Source: an uncultured Candidatus Saccharibacteria bacterium (GTDB lineage Bacteria > Patescibacteriota > Minisyncoccia > Phycocordibacterales > UBA2100). Taken from it: 64,000 bases of DNA. The notes beneath the pieces were generated by a model that was not told where the DNA came from, did not search any database, and saw nothing but the letters and a program-made list of their open reading frames with translations. Position 1 is the first letter of the stretch; every line of letters begins with the position of its first letter. The translations under genes and the position numbers were made by a program. Shown piece after piece: positions 19,143 to 29,000 of this stretch. The stretch spans positions 1,061-65,060 of the forward strand of contig CAYWZA010000002.1 of the NCBI GenBank assembly GCA_964462785.1, in the 5' to 3' direction.

Positions 19143-19214
19143 TCCCCTCGGCCGGAATCGAACCGACATTACAACCTCCGCAAGGTCGCGTCCTATCCAT
19201 TGAACGACGAGGGG
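19143..19214 (-). tRNA. tRNA-Arg (predicted anticodon GCG, an unusual isoacceptor)
   Basis: The reverse complement folds as a cloverleaf. The acceptor CCCCTCG pairs with CGAGGGG. The D-arm is GTTCAATGGATAGGAC, the anticodon stem is CGACC/GGTTG, the loop is TTGCGGA and the T-arm is GTCGGTTCGATTCCGGC. Confidence 0.55.
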
Positions 19215-19287
19215 CTATTCGACGACTCTAACACGAAATTGCTTTTACGAAAACAAAATCTTTTGCACACTCGCCGCAGGTGGGTGA

Positions 19288-21747
19288 GTGCGGGCAAGGT
19301 ATAGTAGAGGTATGTATGTCATGAGCAGGGCAGTGGCTGCGTTGTTGGTAATTGCAGGTGCATCTGCGGCAGTGTTTTTCACGATACCTTTTGGAGCGGC
19401 AGCAGCGGAAACGTCCTGCAAAGTCTCTAGCGCTGTCGCGGTGCAGCAAACAAAAGATGCTCAGGGGAATATTGTCTCCACCACCAAAGATCTTGATGTA
19501 AAAGCAACAGAAGATGCGTGCGATGACGGGAAGATATACACCATCGAACCCATCGAACAAACAACGACGTGCGCGTATGCATACAAAATAACAGTAACTG
19601 TAAACCCAGTAACGACAGCAGGCGCTCCACTGCCGCCAGGATATTATCGATACAAAAAACCAGAAGGAACCGATTACATCGCGGTTCCTTGCGTTGCAGG
19701 AAAAGCCGCCATTCCGACGGGGGCAGCGGGGGCTGCGGTAAGAAATGGATTGGGAGATAAAGTTGCGTCGCTCGCGAAAGCGTATGCAGCCAATGATAAG
19801 AACGCTATAAACGCCGCAACGCAAAGCTTGGCGACAGCGGGGCTTAACAAAAATAGCGCGGTCTTAGCGGCTTTTGGCGAGACAAGTAACCAACTCACGG
19901 CAGAAAACAAAGAAAAACTCGCGGGTGCGGATCAGCTCGCTACGCAACTCAGTTTACTTGAGAAGACCGCAGCAGGGGAAACTGCAGGAGTGCAGGCGGC
20001 ACTCGACTCCGTCAAAGATCAGCAATCGGGATTGCGAGAAGTGCTTCAGAGAAAGTTTGCTTTTGATGCTGTCCAAATGTATGAAAAACCAACAGTAACT
20101 TCCGCTGATCCAATAGTTACCGGCACGTTCGTGAACGATGAAAGACAGTGGAAAGAAAGTACGGGATTCAATACTCCAACAGAAAGTAACAAAAACGCGT
20201 ATCAAGAAGCACAAGCCGCCTATGAAAAATGTGCCGCGGGCTTATGGGTTCCTCGAGTAACCTGCAGTGCTGAGCTGGCGGAGCGTGATCGAGCTGCAGA
20301 GCGCGCAGGGTGCACGTGGGGGTTAAAGAACACATGGTCGATAAGTGGTGGGTGGCAGTGTTCAGAAACCAAAACCAGCACAGTGCCTTCCCCCGAGAGA
20401 AAACCACCGGCAGACGTGCCCGATGATCCGGCTCTCGCGCGCGAAAAACGCGCTCTTGAAGCTCAGATTGAGCTGTGCAGGCAATCTGGCTATGGAGCAG
20501 ATCCACTCACTGGGAAATGCACGCACGTTCGAGTGGATTCACAAGAAGAAGCGAACAGATGGGCGGCGGAAGAGGTACGCCGGTCGAGAGATACTCACTG
20601 TGCAATGCTGGAAGCGCAGTGTCAGAATGGCAATCAGCTTTGTCTTAGAGAATACGCAGGAACATGCCAAGGAGGCAATCCATACTCAGGCGTTGGTTCG
20701 GGTGTTGGCTCGGGTGGCGGTGGCGGCGGACTTGGAGGATTAGGAAATTTGTTTGGCGGTCAGCAGAACCCGGGGCAGGGGGGATTATCGCCGGGCGAGC
20801 AGCGAGCGCTTGAGCGCGAGTGTTTTGATTACGGCAATTCGACTGCGTGCAAAGCCCTGCAGCGGAATTGCCAAAGCTCACAGCAGCAGGGAGGTAGCGG
20901 CATCATGCAGATTATTCCCATGATCACTTCGCTCATCGGCGGGCAAAGCGGCGGGCTGGGCGGGCTCAACAAAGAGCAGTGCGCATCGCTCGACAAATCA
21001 ATCAGCAACAGCATGTGCCGCCAATATGCAGGCACGCAATTCCAAAATGGTCGTTGCGAATGCCCTAATGATAAAGAATGGAGCGGGACGGAATGCCGTA
21101 CTAAAAATACCTGCGCGCAATATCCCGGCACCGAGCTAAAGAACGGGCGCTGCGAATGCCCGGCAGATAAGCAGTGGGATGGTGCGCGGTGTGTGGGCAG
21201 CGATGGCAGTACTCAGAACCCAAATGATAATCGCGAGCCTGAGCTTGCATGCTCGCCGCCGATTGCCGACATTGATGAAACGCCGATTGCAATCTCATGG
21301 CAATGTTTTGGCGCTGATGTGTCGAGTGGCGATGGTTTTAATACCGATGGCAAGACATCTGGATCAGCAACCACCAAGCTGAAATCCGCGGATCTGAATG
21401 CGGATGCGACAAACGTCGATCTCACCCTCACCTGCAGCAAGGGAACAACTCAGAAAAAAGCGCTGTGCCCGATCGAGATCAACCGCCCGCTCATCGTGGC
21501 AGTGGTCAATCCGAGTGTTGTTGAAAAACGCGGAGACACAGCAAACATCGGCTGGATTGTGAAAGGTATGAAAGAAGGGAATGAGGTCTGCGAGCTCACG
21601 AGCAACAAACATGCTGACTTTTCGAAAAAGGGACGCAATGGGGTGTTTGCCACACCGCCGATAGAAGAAACGACAACGTTCACCATCAGATGCACGACCC
21701 GCGCTGGAGCGACAAAGAAAGTCGATCTTGAGGTCAGAATCAAATAG
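19288..21747 (+). CDS. Secreted paralog-family protein P4 (819 aa) with EGF-like Cys repeats and a C-terminal twin beta-domain
   Basis: It has a signal peptide and a Gly run (GVGSGVGSGGGGGGLGGLG). A Cys motif NGRCECP.DK.W.G..C is repeated twice. The C-terminal 170 aa align with the C-termini of P1, P2 and P5. Confidence 0.7.
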   Translation: MRARYSRGMYVMSRAVAALLVIAGASAAVFFTIPFGAAAAETSCKVSSAVAVQQTKDAQGNIVSTTKDLDVKATEDACDDGKIYTIEPIEQTTTCAYAYKITVTVNPVTTAGAPLPPGYYRYKKPEGTDYIAVPCVAGKAAIPTGAAGAAVRNGLGDKVASLAKAYAANDKNAINAATQSLATAGLNKNSAVLAAFGETSNQLTAENKEKLAGADQLATQLSLLEKTAAGETAGVQAALDSVKDQQSGLREVLQRKFAFDAVQMYEKPTVTSADPIVTGTFVNDERQWKESTGFNTPTESNKNAYQEAQAAYEKCAAGLWVPRVTCSAELAERDRAAERAGCTWGLKNTWSISGGWQCSETKTSTVPSPERKPPADVPDDPALAREKRALEAQIELCRQSGYGADPLTGKCTHVRVDSQEEANRWAAEEVRRSRDTHCAMLEAQCQNGNQLCLREYAGTCQGGNPYSGVGSGVGSGGGGGGLGGLGNLFGGQQNPGQGGLSPGEQRALERECFDYGNSTACKALQRNCQSSQQQGGSGIMQIIPMITSLIGGQSGGLGGLNKEQCASLDKSISNSMCRQYAGTQFQNGRCECPNDKEWSGTECRTKNTCAQYPGTELKNGRCECPADKQWDGARCVGSDGSTQNPNDNREPELACSPPIADIDETPIAISWQCFGADVSSGDGFNTDGKTSGSATTKLKSADLNADATNVDLTLTCSKGTTQKKALCPIEINRPLIVAVVNPSVVEKRGDTANIGWIVKGMKEGNEVCELTSNKHADFSKKGRNGVFATPPIEETTTFTIRCTTRAGATKKVDLEVRIK

Positions 21748-21768
21748 GAGCATTTCTGCGATACTGAT

Positions 21769-21793
21769 AAAAACCCTTTATACACAGGGTTTT
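21769..21793 (+). terminator. Putative weak terminator after P4
   Basis: The stem aaaccc pairs with gggttt and is followed by a T. Confidence 0.4.
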
Positions 21794-21969
21794 AGAGCTT
21801 GTTGAAAAACCCGGGTTCCCTAGCCGAGCGGTGCGGTTTCCGTCGCGAGACACTTCGGCGGAGGGCGAAATGTGCTGGTGGCACATTGAGACCGAGCCGA
21901 ATGTGTCGCAGCAGGAAACCGTACCGCGCAGGCAGGCAGGGAGGGGTTTTGAGACATGCTCTGGCCCCA

Positions 21970-21998
21970 TTGATTTTTCACGATACTTGGTGTATAAT
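21970..21998 (+). promoter_or_regulatory. Sigma70-type promoter (TTGATT, 17-bp spacer, TATAAT), copy 1 of a duplicated promoter
   Basis: The promoter region gccccattgatttttcacgatacttggtgtataatta shares about 40 bp of identity with 25583-25620 (2 mismatches). Confidence 0.65.
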
Positions 21999-22046
21999 TA
22001 AAACAGGCTGCGAGGGGACGCAGCGAATTTTGGAAAGGGAAAAAAG

Positions 22047-22367
22047 ATGAAAACCTTTGGTTTTATCGCGGCACTTCTGCTCGGGCTGGGCACCGCTCAG
22101 GCTTCCGCTGAAGAATCCACGTTTGCAAATCTGACCGCGGGCGACCGCGTCTTGATCGGCGACTGGATGCCGAAGCAGATCAACGAGGAGGAGCTCAACG
22201 CACTCTGGACTGAGCCTGCTGAGCTGCCAACAGCGAACACGGAAGATGAGGAGAAATCCTCCCTCGACCGATTCGAGTTTTGCGGCGAGGTATGCCGCAC
22301 CGCCTTTGCTGGCGAAGAAAATTCGGCAGCAAAAAAGTTCAGGTTCACACCGGCGTCTGCGCTTTAA
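22047..22367 (+). CDS. Small secreted protein (106 aa, signal peptide MKTFGFIAALLLGLGTAQASA)
   Basis: The signal peptide is clear and the mature protein is acidic with 2 Cys. It sits downstream of duplicated promoter copy 1. Confidence 0.55.
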   Translation: MKTFGFIAALLLGLGTAQASAEESTFANLTAGDRVLIGDWMPKQINEEELNALWTEPAELPTANTEDEEKSSLDRFEFCGEVCRTAFAGEENSAAKKFRFTPASAL

Positions 22368-22535
22368 AACAGCGCAGCACAAAGTCAATCCCCCGAAATC
22401 AGCCAAAATATGGCGGGTTTCGGGGGATTTTTTAATGGCACACACTATCCCCACCTTTCAATTACACAGCGCCGCAGAGAGGCGCATAGTTATTACCAGA
22501 ACAAAGGAAGACAGAAGTATACAGGGAGGACCTTC

Positions 22536-25493
22536 ATGCGCATTGTTATCGCATGCATACTCGCGTTTGTCGTTGGGTCTTCCAGCGCAAACGCAGCGAT
22601 AAGCGAGGATGTACAACAGTTCATTCTCGATCATCTCAAGCTCGCCGTTCCTATTGAGGAGGCGCCGCAACCACCAGTATCGTTACGCGAGAAAGCGAAA
22701 ACGATCGCTGATGATTTGCAAAAAATATTCGAGTGCGAACGTCGTGGGTGTCTTGGGAAAGCCATCACCTATGGCGGAGAAAAGAATTCCATCCCCGAAC
22801 AGTACAAAGAATTGTTTGCACAGAAATTACAGCTCACGCCGCGCGATAAGGGCGGTGCTTCAGAGCCTGACGGTCGTGCCGTCCCCGGCATCATCATTGC
22901 TTTTATTGGCGCCTGTACGTGGGACGCCGCGGATTGTGACGGTGTGTACATAAATTCTGCACACCGCAACAAAAGTGGTGTCGGCAGTCGCCGGCACACG
23001 AATGATTTTGCAACGCGCGCTTTTGATCTGCTTGGATTCAAAGATATTGATCATCAGATCCGCTTCCTTACACGCATGGTGCTGGTGATAGAAGAGATGG
23101 GACTCGAGCCGAATCTTGGTCTCGGTCTTTCCACCGGCGAGGATGAAGAGGGTAGGGCAATTGCATATCAAGTAACACACATCGACGTGAATGGGCATGA
23201 GGTATCGCGCAAGAGTCGCTGCAAAACAATCTGTAGCAAATGCTCGAAAGTAAAGGGTAAGAGAAAATGCACCTGCAAAAGGCAATGCACGTCACGCGAA
23301 GGATCACATACATGGGATTATGGTCCGCGCACGGCACTGCAGATCATGTTGCAGGAAAAAATAGCAGCCGGACGACTTCCTGTGCAGTTTGCAGACAGCG
23401 TGCTCGTCACTCGCACACTCACCAGTAAATCTCTCGAGCATGAAGAGTCGAAAGATGCGCTGGCAGATGCTCAAGCCACGTCGCCGGTTTCAAGCCAAGG
23501 TAAGACACCGGCACAGCTGAAATACAATCTATGGGGCATCGAGTTTAAAAACTGGAGCCCTGGTCTTGATACGGTATATGGTCGGCAACTCTGTAAAAAG
23601 GGTGGACCGGTGCCGAATAAAGAAAACGTATTTTTCTGCGCATTCGATAATCCGATTGATGCGATGACTGCCTATTTTCTGAAAATCGATGCGTATTGTC
23701 GCAGTGGCATTTGTACGCCGCTCACGATAGCACGCGATTGGGTAGGGATGGGCGACATGGATGCCTATGGCAAAAATGCAGCGATCATCATCAAAGTAGG
23801 ACCGACAGAAGATATAGACAATCTGATAAAGCGGGTGCTTTTGATGCAGGCGCAGGCATGTCTTGAGCAAGGTTTCTGCGTATATTCCGAAGGGAAGCCG
23901 AAGGTGGTGGAACATTTGATCACGGCGTTTCCGTTTTCGCGCAACGAAATTTTTGCCGCTATTATTCGCGCACATTCCGAAAAGGTAGCAAATGAGTGGT
24001 TTGCGAGTACGGTGCCGCCGGTTGGGTTATTTGCCCCCGAGGAGCCGACACTTGCACCCATGACCCCGCTTACTTACAACGCACACTATGAGCCCGACGG
24101 GCGTTTAGTGGTTCCAGGAGTGCGCGCAGATTACAGCCTCTATAAACAAGGGGAGGCAAAATCACAGAAAGACACACTGACCATCATTCATGGCGATGTG
24201 TCGTTCAATTGCAAAGAGATTCAATCGCACTATCACGCATGCATCTCTCGTAATGGTGTGTTCAAGCAATTCCGTCCGTTCAGCGCGCGAGCGCCGCACG
24301 CGGCATACATGAACAGCTATACGACAGGTATCGTACTTCCCGGCATCGATAATTTGCCGCCGGCGCACAGTGCACTGCTGCCACCGACATTAGAACAGCT
24401 TGAAACACTCGCTCGGGTTTTGTTTGCGCGCGATGTTGCCGAAGGTCGACGAATTCCTTTTGCACGTCACCCCAATACCGAGCAGGGCAAAGGGCATAAG
24501 TGCTCCTGCGAAGCCGGCACGCCGGAAAGCGACGTATGGCTCGAGCAGCGCATACAGCAGCTGCACACTGAAAACAATACAAACTTAGAACTTCGCAAAG
24601 AAACACTGCTCAACTTGAGGGGTTCTACGGGTGGCATTGTCACCCGCAGCACATCTCAATTGCTGCAAAGCGTGGACGGCGGTGTGTTGGTGACTGATCC
24701 GCGAGGGTTGGTGCCAGGCGCACAGGCATTCTATCCGGCGGAGGAAATATCTCCGCCAGTTCTTGCTACTATTGCAGTGGTAAATGTTGCGCGACCTGCT
24801 TTATACGGGATCGACGCAACACTACTGCGCGATCCGACGTTTCGCTATCTGGTGGTGCATGAGGCGCATAGCACAGCCACAGAGGCGAGTATGCTGCGCG
24901 CGCTCGACACTGGCGTCTATGAACCAAATATTGATTGCGCACGGCTCTTTAGCGGATGCGCCATGTTTGGCTATCATGCGTTTTTGCCAAAGAAAGGCAG
25001 ACGCATACTGTGGATGGCACCTCGCGGCGCACGTGTAAACGGGATGCAACCTCCGGGGAGCATACCGCGCATGAACGGTGTCGCCGAAAACGCAGCGAAC
25101 ACCAATGCGCTTCATGTAGTACGCGAGGGCGATTCGTCAGAGCCGCTTACCGCGACTCAACAAAGCACGCTTAAGGCACTGAGTGAAGCATTTGCAATCG
25201 AGCCGTCGCACATCATTGGGCATGGCGAAGCACAACCAACAGGTGCCGAGGGGAGAGTGGATGGTATTGTTGCCGCGCGCTCCGTGCGCGGCGCCATAGC
25301 ACCCGACGCCGCTCCCTTAAACGCAGAGTCTGCGTTTAAGACATATCTCGCGCATCGTGCCAACATCTTACGCAATGCTCGTACGCCGCCGCTGCAGGAA
25401 AAAGTGCATGCGCTTGCGCGCGCATATAGCGGCACTATCAACGAAGATGCGGCGCTCGATCTGCTCGTCCCCAAACGACAGCCCGAGCACTGA
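22536..25493 (+). CDS. Secreted peptidoglycan hydrolase-like protein (about 985 aa) with a GH73 glucosaminidase-like central region and an Amidase_2 (AmpD/T7-lysozyme-like) C-terminal domain
   Basis: The start follows the RBS agggagg. The signal peptide ends ...SSSANA. The GH73-like motifs are YNLWGIEF and FCAFDNPIDAMTAYFLKI. The Amidase_2-like motifs are YLVVHEAHSTA and SHIIGHGEAQPTGAEGRVDG, matching the I.GH.E..P....DPG pattern. The ORF track extends upstream to 22410. Confidence 0.55.
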   Translation: MRIVIACILAFVVGSSSANAAISEDVQQFILDHLKLAVPIEEAPQPPVSLREKAKTIADDLQKIFECERRGCLGKAITYGGEKNSIPEQYKELFAQKLQLTPRDKGGASEPDGRAVPGIIIAFIGACTWDAADCDGVYINSAHRNKSGVGSRRHTNDFATRAFDLLGFKDIDHQIRFLTRMVLVIEEMGLEPNLGLGLSTGEDEEGRAIAYQVTHIDVNGHEVSRKSRCKTICSKCSKVKGKRKCTCKRQCTSREGSHTWDYGPRTALQIMLQEKIAAGRLPVQFADSVLVTRTLTSKSLEHEESKDALADAQATSPVSSQGKTPAQLKYNLWGIEFKNWSPGLDTVYGRQLCKKGGPVPNKENVFFCAFDNPIDAMTAYFLKIDAYCRSGICTPLTIARDWVGMGDMDAYGKNAAIIIKVGPTEDIDNLIKRVLLMQAQACLEQGFCVYSEGKPKVVEHLITAFPFSRNEIFAAIIRAHSEKVANEWFASTVPPVGLFAPEEPTLAPMTPLTYNAHYEPDGRLVVPGVRADYSLYKQGEAKSQKDTLTIIHGDVSFNCKEIQSHYHACISRNGVFKQFRPFSARAPHAAYMNSYTTGIVLPGIDNLPPAHSALLPPTLEQLETLARVLFARDVAEGRRIPFARHPNTEQGKGHKCSCEAGTPESDVWLEQRIQQLHTENNTNLELRKETLLNLRGSTGGIVTRSTSQLLQSVDGGVLVTDPRGLVPGAQAFYPAEEISPPVLATIAVVNVARPALYGIDATLLRDPTFRYLVVHEAHSTATEASMLRALDTGVYEPNIDCARLFSGCAMFGYHAFLPKKGRRILWMAPRGARVNGMQPPGSIPRMNGVAENAANTNALHVVREGDSSEPLTATQQSTLKALSEAFAIEPSHIIGHGEAQPTGAEGRVDGIVAARSVRGAIAPDAAPLNAESAFKTYLAHRANILRNARTPPLQEKVHALARAYSGTINEDAALDLLVPKRQPEH

Positions 25494-25504
25494 CGACACA
25501 ATAG

Positions 25505-25545
25505 AATGCGCCCTCGCTCCGCGAGGGCGCATTTTCGGTTTTGCC
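25505..25545 (+). terminator. Rho-independent terminator after the hydrolase gene
   Basis: The hairpin is aatgcgccctcgc, loop tccg, then gcgagggcgcatt, followed by ttcggtttt. Confidence 0.75.
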
Positions 25546-25589
25546 ACTAACGCAGAGAATTCCTTTTATCAACAGGGTTTTTAGCCCCA

Positions 25590-25618
25590 TTGATTTTTCA
25601 CGATGTTTGGGGTATAAT
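25590..25618 (+). promoter_or_regulatory. Sigma70-type promoter, copy 2 of the duplicated promoter
   Basis: The promoter region gccccattgatttttcacgatgtttggggtataatta has TTGATT, a 17-bp spacer and TATAAT. Confidence 0.65.
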
Positions 25619-25667
25619 TAACATGGTGCCCTGGAAAGGAATGGGGCGGAAACAGAAGGTAAAACAG

Positions 25668-25982
25668 ATGAGAGCAATGTTGGTAGCCGTCATCACGCTA
25701 TGGAGCACAGCAAGTGCTTATGCGTGGCAGGAGGAAAACCCAGGGAGCAGGGTTGAAATTCGACAGGAAACAGGGGTCTTTTGTGTGGACGAGCAGTCTG
25801 CACAAGAGTATCTCAAACAAAACATGCTCCTGAAATCGGCAGCAATGAGGGACGACCTCCTTGCAACAAAGTGCTGGGTGGACGCTCGCACGGTCGCTGG
25901 TGATTTTTCTTCGGGAGCGCGCATAGTTCAAGTGCTCATTCTCGAAGATGGAAGACAGCTCACACGGTTTCTCGTTTGGTGA
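25668..25982 (+). CDS. Small secreted protein (about 104 aa, signal peptide MRAMLVAVITLWSTASAYA)
   Basis: The ATG at 25668 follows the RBS gaaggt. The track ORF 25590-25982 would begin inside the promoter. The mature protein has 2 Cys. Confidence 0.5.
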   Translation: MRAMLVAVITLWSTASAYAWQEENPGSRVEIRQETGVFCVDEQSAQEYLKQNMLLKSAAMRDDLLATKCWVDARTVAGDFSSGARIVQVLILEDGRQLTRFLVW

Positions 25983-26089
25983 ACTGGTGAGTGAGAAGCG
26001 CTGACCCCGGTCTATGACCGGGGTCTTATGTTTCCACATATGCGCACACAATAAAGCAGAAATGCAGTAAAACATGCCATAATTTCTCC

Positions 26090-29000
26090 ATGGTACGCGT
26101 TTTATGCGGGTTAATCTTTGTATGCACACTCGCATCTTTTGTCCACACAACCTCAGCACAAGCTCAAAGTAAAAATTGTACGCCCGGGGGTACCTGCAGC
26201 ACCGAATTGGAAGGGGATACTACCACCACCGTTAGTGCCGGAGAAGACAAGGGTACCGCCACACAAGATACGCAACAGACAGGAAGCTGCACAAAAGAGC
26301 TGCAAGCGGCAGGAAAATGTAAGCCGGAGTGTCCAAAAGTAAACTATTCGAGTGTAACCGGTGGGATTGTCACCTGCTACAGCGAGGTGAGCGACAGCTG
26401 CTATATGAATGATAACGCCGGCACTGCTGAGTGTTCGAGTGACGAGATGCAAAAAATTATTGACGGGAAAACTCCTCCGCAAACTACCGATTACGTAGGT
26501 ACGCCGGGGTCACAGAGTGGCTCCTCTAGTGGGGTTCAAAGTCCTGAGATCGAAGCACAGAAGGCATTGCGCGACGCGGAATATAAGTTGGCACAGGCAC
26601 AAAAAAATTATGATCAGTGCTGGTGGGGTTGTGCTGATGAAAAAGCGGCGCTTGAGCAAGCTCAACAAACACGCGATGCAGTGCAAGATTCTGCAGATTA
26701 TCTTAACGAAATTGCCAATAAACCACCCGGTACCTACATACCCGAAACCCCATTGAATACAGCGTTGCAAAATAGTTGGGCTAACAATGTATTGCAACAG
26801 CCCGCACCGGCAGTAACAGAGAGTCGCTTGGGCGATTTCGGTAGCGGATTACGCGAAGCGCTCAGTCCTGATTCTTTTTCGAACTCAGCCTTTCGAGATC
26901 AGTGGAACGGGTGGAATCCAAACGTAACACCGAGCGACGGGGCGTTCAATCGTTTTGATTTTGGAAATAATAGCGGATTCAACTCATTTGGGCAGTCGGT
27001 CGGCAGTGATATTTCTGGAGGGCTGAGTGCTGGTCCGAGCTCATTCACTCCTTTTTCTTTTGACAGTGGCTTAACTGGGAGCCCGTACGATGGGTCCGCC
27101 CCGTTCGAGCCATTCGACTATGAAACTTCCCCCATCGGACCGGGTTGGGGGAATGACGACCTCGGAAAACTATCAAATTTCGATTTCTCGAATGCGCCGC
27201 TGCAGCCAAGCACTCTGCAAGATCTATCGAATTTAAATAACGGGTTATTACCCACACTCCCCAGTGTTTCAGATCCACTTGGTGCCCTGAAAAGTTTGGA
27301 TTCGGAGCAACTTCCTACGGTGTCAGATGCTCAATCACCGAATGATTTTCTTGGACTCAAGGCTATCGCAGAGCAACAACCGCCTGAAGGCAGCGGATTG
27401 AGTGCCGAGGATTTCAGCGAGCGCCTCGAAGTGTTTAAAAAAGGATTCGGCAATGTGGTGGACAGCCTCACTGAGGGGGTGCAGGGTATTTTTGCGGGAG
27501 ACATCAGCGCACCTGATTTTTGGGATAAAACACTTAAAAATATCGGCGTTGGTGTCAACGCTGGTTTGGGTGAAGGGGGAGTACGCCTCGGCGGCATCCT
27601 CGACTACTCTCCGCTAAGCGATGGCGGGCTATTGCCTGGTCTGCGGCAGACGGTCAAAGACGTGTTTGGGTGGGGAAGTGATGTCGCGACACCACCCGAG
27701 ATACCATCGGGGATACAAGGCGGCGGAGCGCTGACCGCAGGTGAGTCATATCGGCGAGAGCTCGATGCTGCGAAACAAGCATCCGCAGCTGCGGGCGAGC
27801 GCGCACGGCGAGCAGACGAAAACGCTCGCAGCACGGGATCCTATGATCCAGACAATGCCTTTGAAGTGGAAAGATACAATGCGGCGCAGGCAGAAATAAA
27901 AGCCGCACGTGAGGAGCAAGCAGCTGCGCAAGCGCGGCTTGCGGCAGCACAGGCGGATGTTGATCGTATCCGCGCGCGCGACAACCAAGTCCCCGGGCAG
28001 GGGAGCATTGCGAATACGGGCGTGAATGAAGCTAAGGTGGTGGCAGATTCGGGCGTACGCGATACACAGGGAACAGAAAGTCTTGCGTACCAGCGTGCAG
28101 CAAAAGACTACCAGGCATTATTACCCCTCGCGGCTCCGGTTACCAACGCTCTGCAAGACGCGAATAGCGCCTGGATAAAACGAGCTGAAGAAATAGGGCT
28201 CATTGAAAATATCGGAACAGCTGATAAGCCGCAATATCGAATACGCCCTGAACTCACGGAAACGCAACGGATCAATAAAATGGGAATGCTGCGCGACGAG
28301 ACCGATCGTCTCAATTTGGCAAAAGATCAATACAAGACATATGCAGAGACGCTCAAAGATGCTCGCGACAAAACTCTGTATGCGGCAGGTGCAGATCCGT
28401 TGTTTTCGGACGCCGCGCGGGCAAATGCACTTTTGGGCGATATGCGTCTAAGACCTGAACAAGAAATACCCATTGATGAATATTGGCAAGACAAAAATGG
28501 ACTGGCAATGGGAGTGGGCGCAGCGGGAGCTATGGGAAGATATGTTCTTAGAATGGATCCTTATCAACCAGTCATCAACTCAAATGCGCAAGAAATTGCA
28601 TTTAATGAACTGCAGGCAAAACAAGAAGCACTCATTCAATCATTAGCGGGATGTACCGACTGTCAAAATGTTATTGAAGCGATTGAACGCAACAATGAAC
28701 TTGCAAAACAATTTGAAAGCGGACAGTTTGAGGGAGCGCAAAAAGACTATCTCATAAAACTTTCAGACCAAAACCCTATTCAAAGGGATCTTCCAGTAGG
28801 GGATTTAACCACACAAGAATTAGCTTCGCGGGCAAGCAATGAATGGGGAAGGCTGCTCCGCGGTACGCAAGAATATCTTGGCGCGGAAATGGGTAAGGCG
28901 TGGGAGGAGGGAGAATATGGCAAAGCAACAGCTCTTTTCTTGCTACAAACCCCAGGGCAGATCACACAAGGCTTGCTCGGGGCTGAGTCGCTCCAAGGAC

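Noticed and set aside
25590-25667. Start of the small secreted protein ORF at 25590
   Set aside because: That start would lie inside the -35 and -10 promoter elements. The ATG at 25668 with the signal peptide MRAMLVAV... is more plausible.
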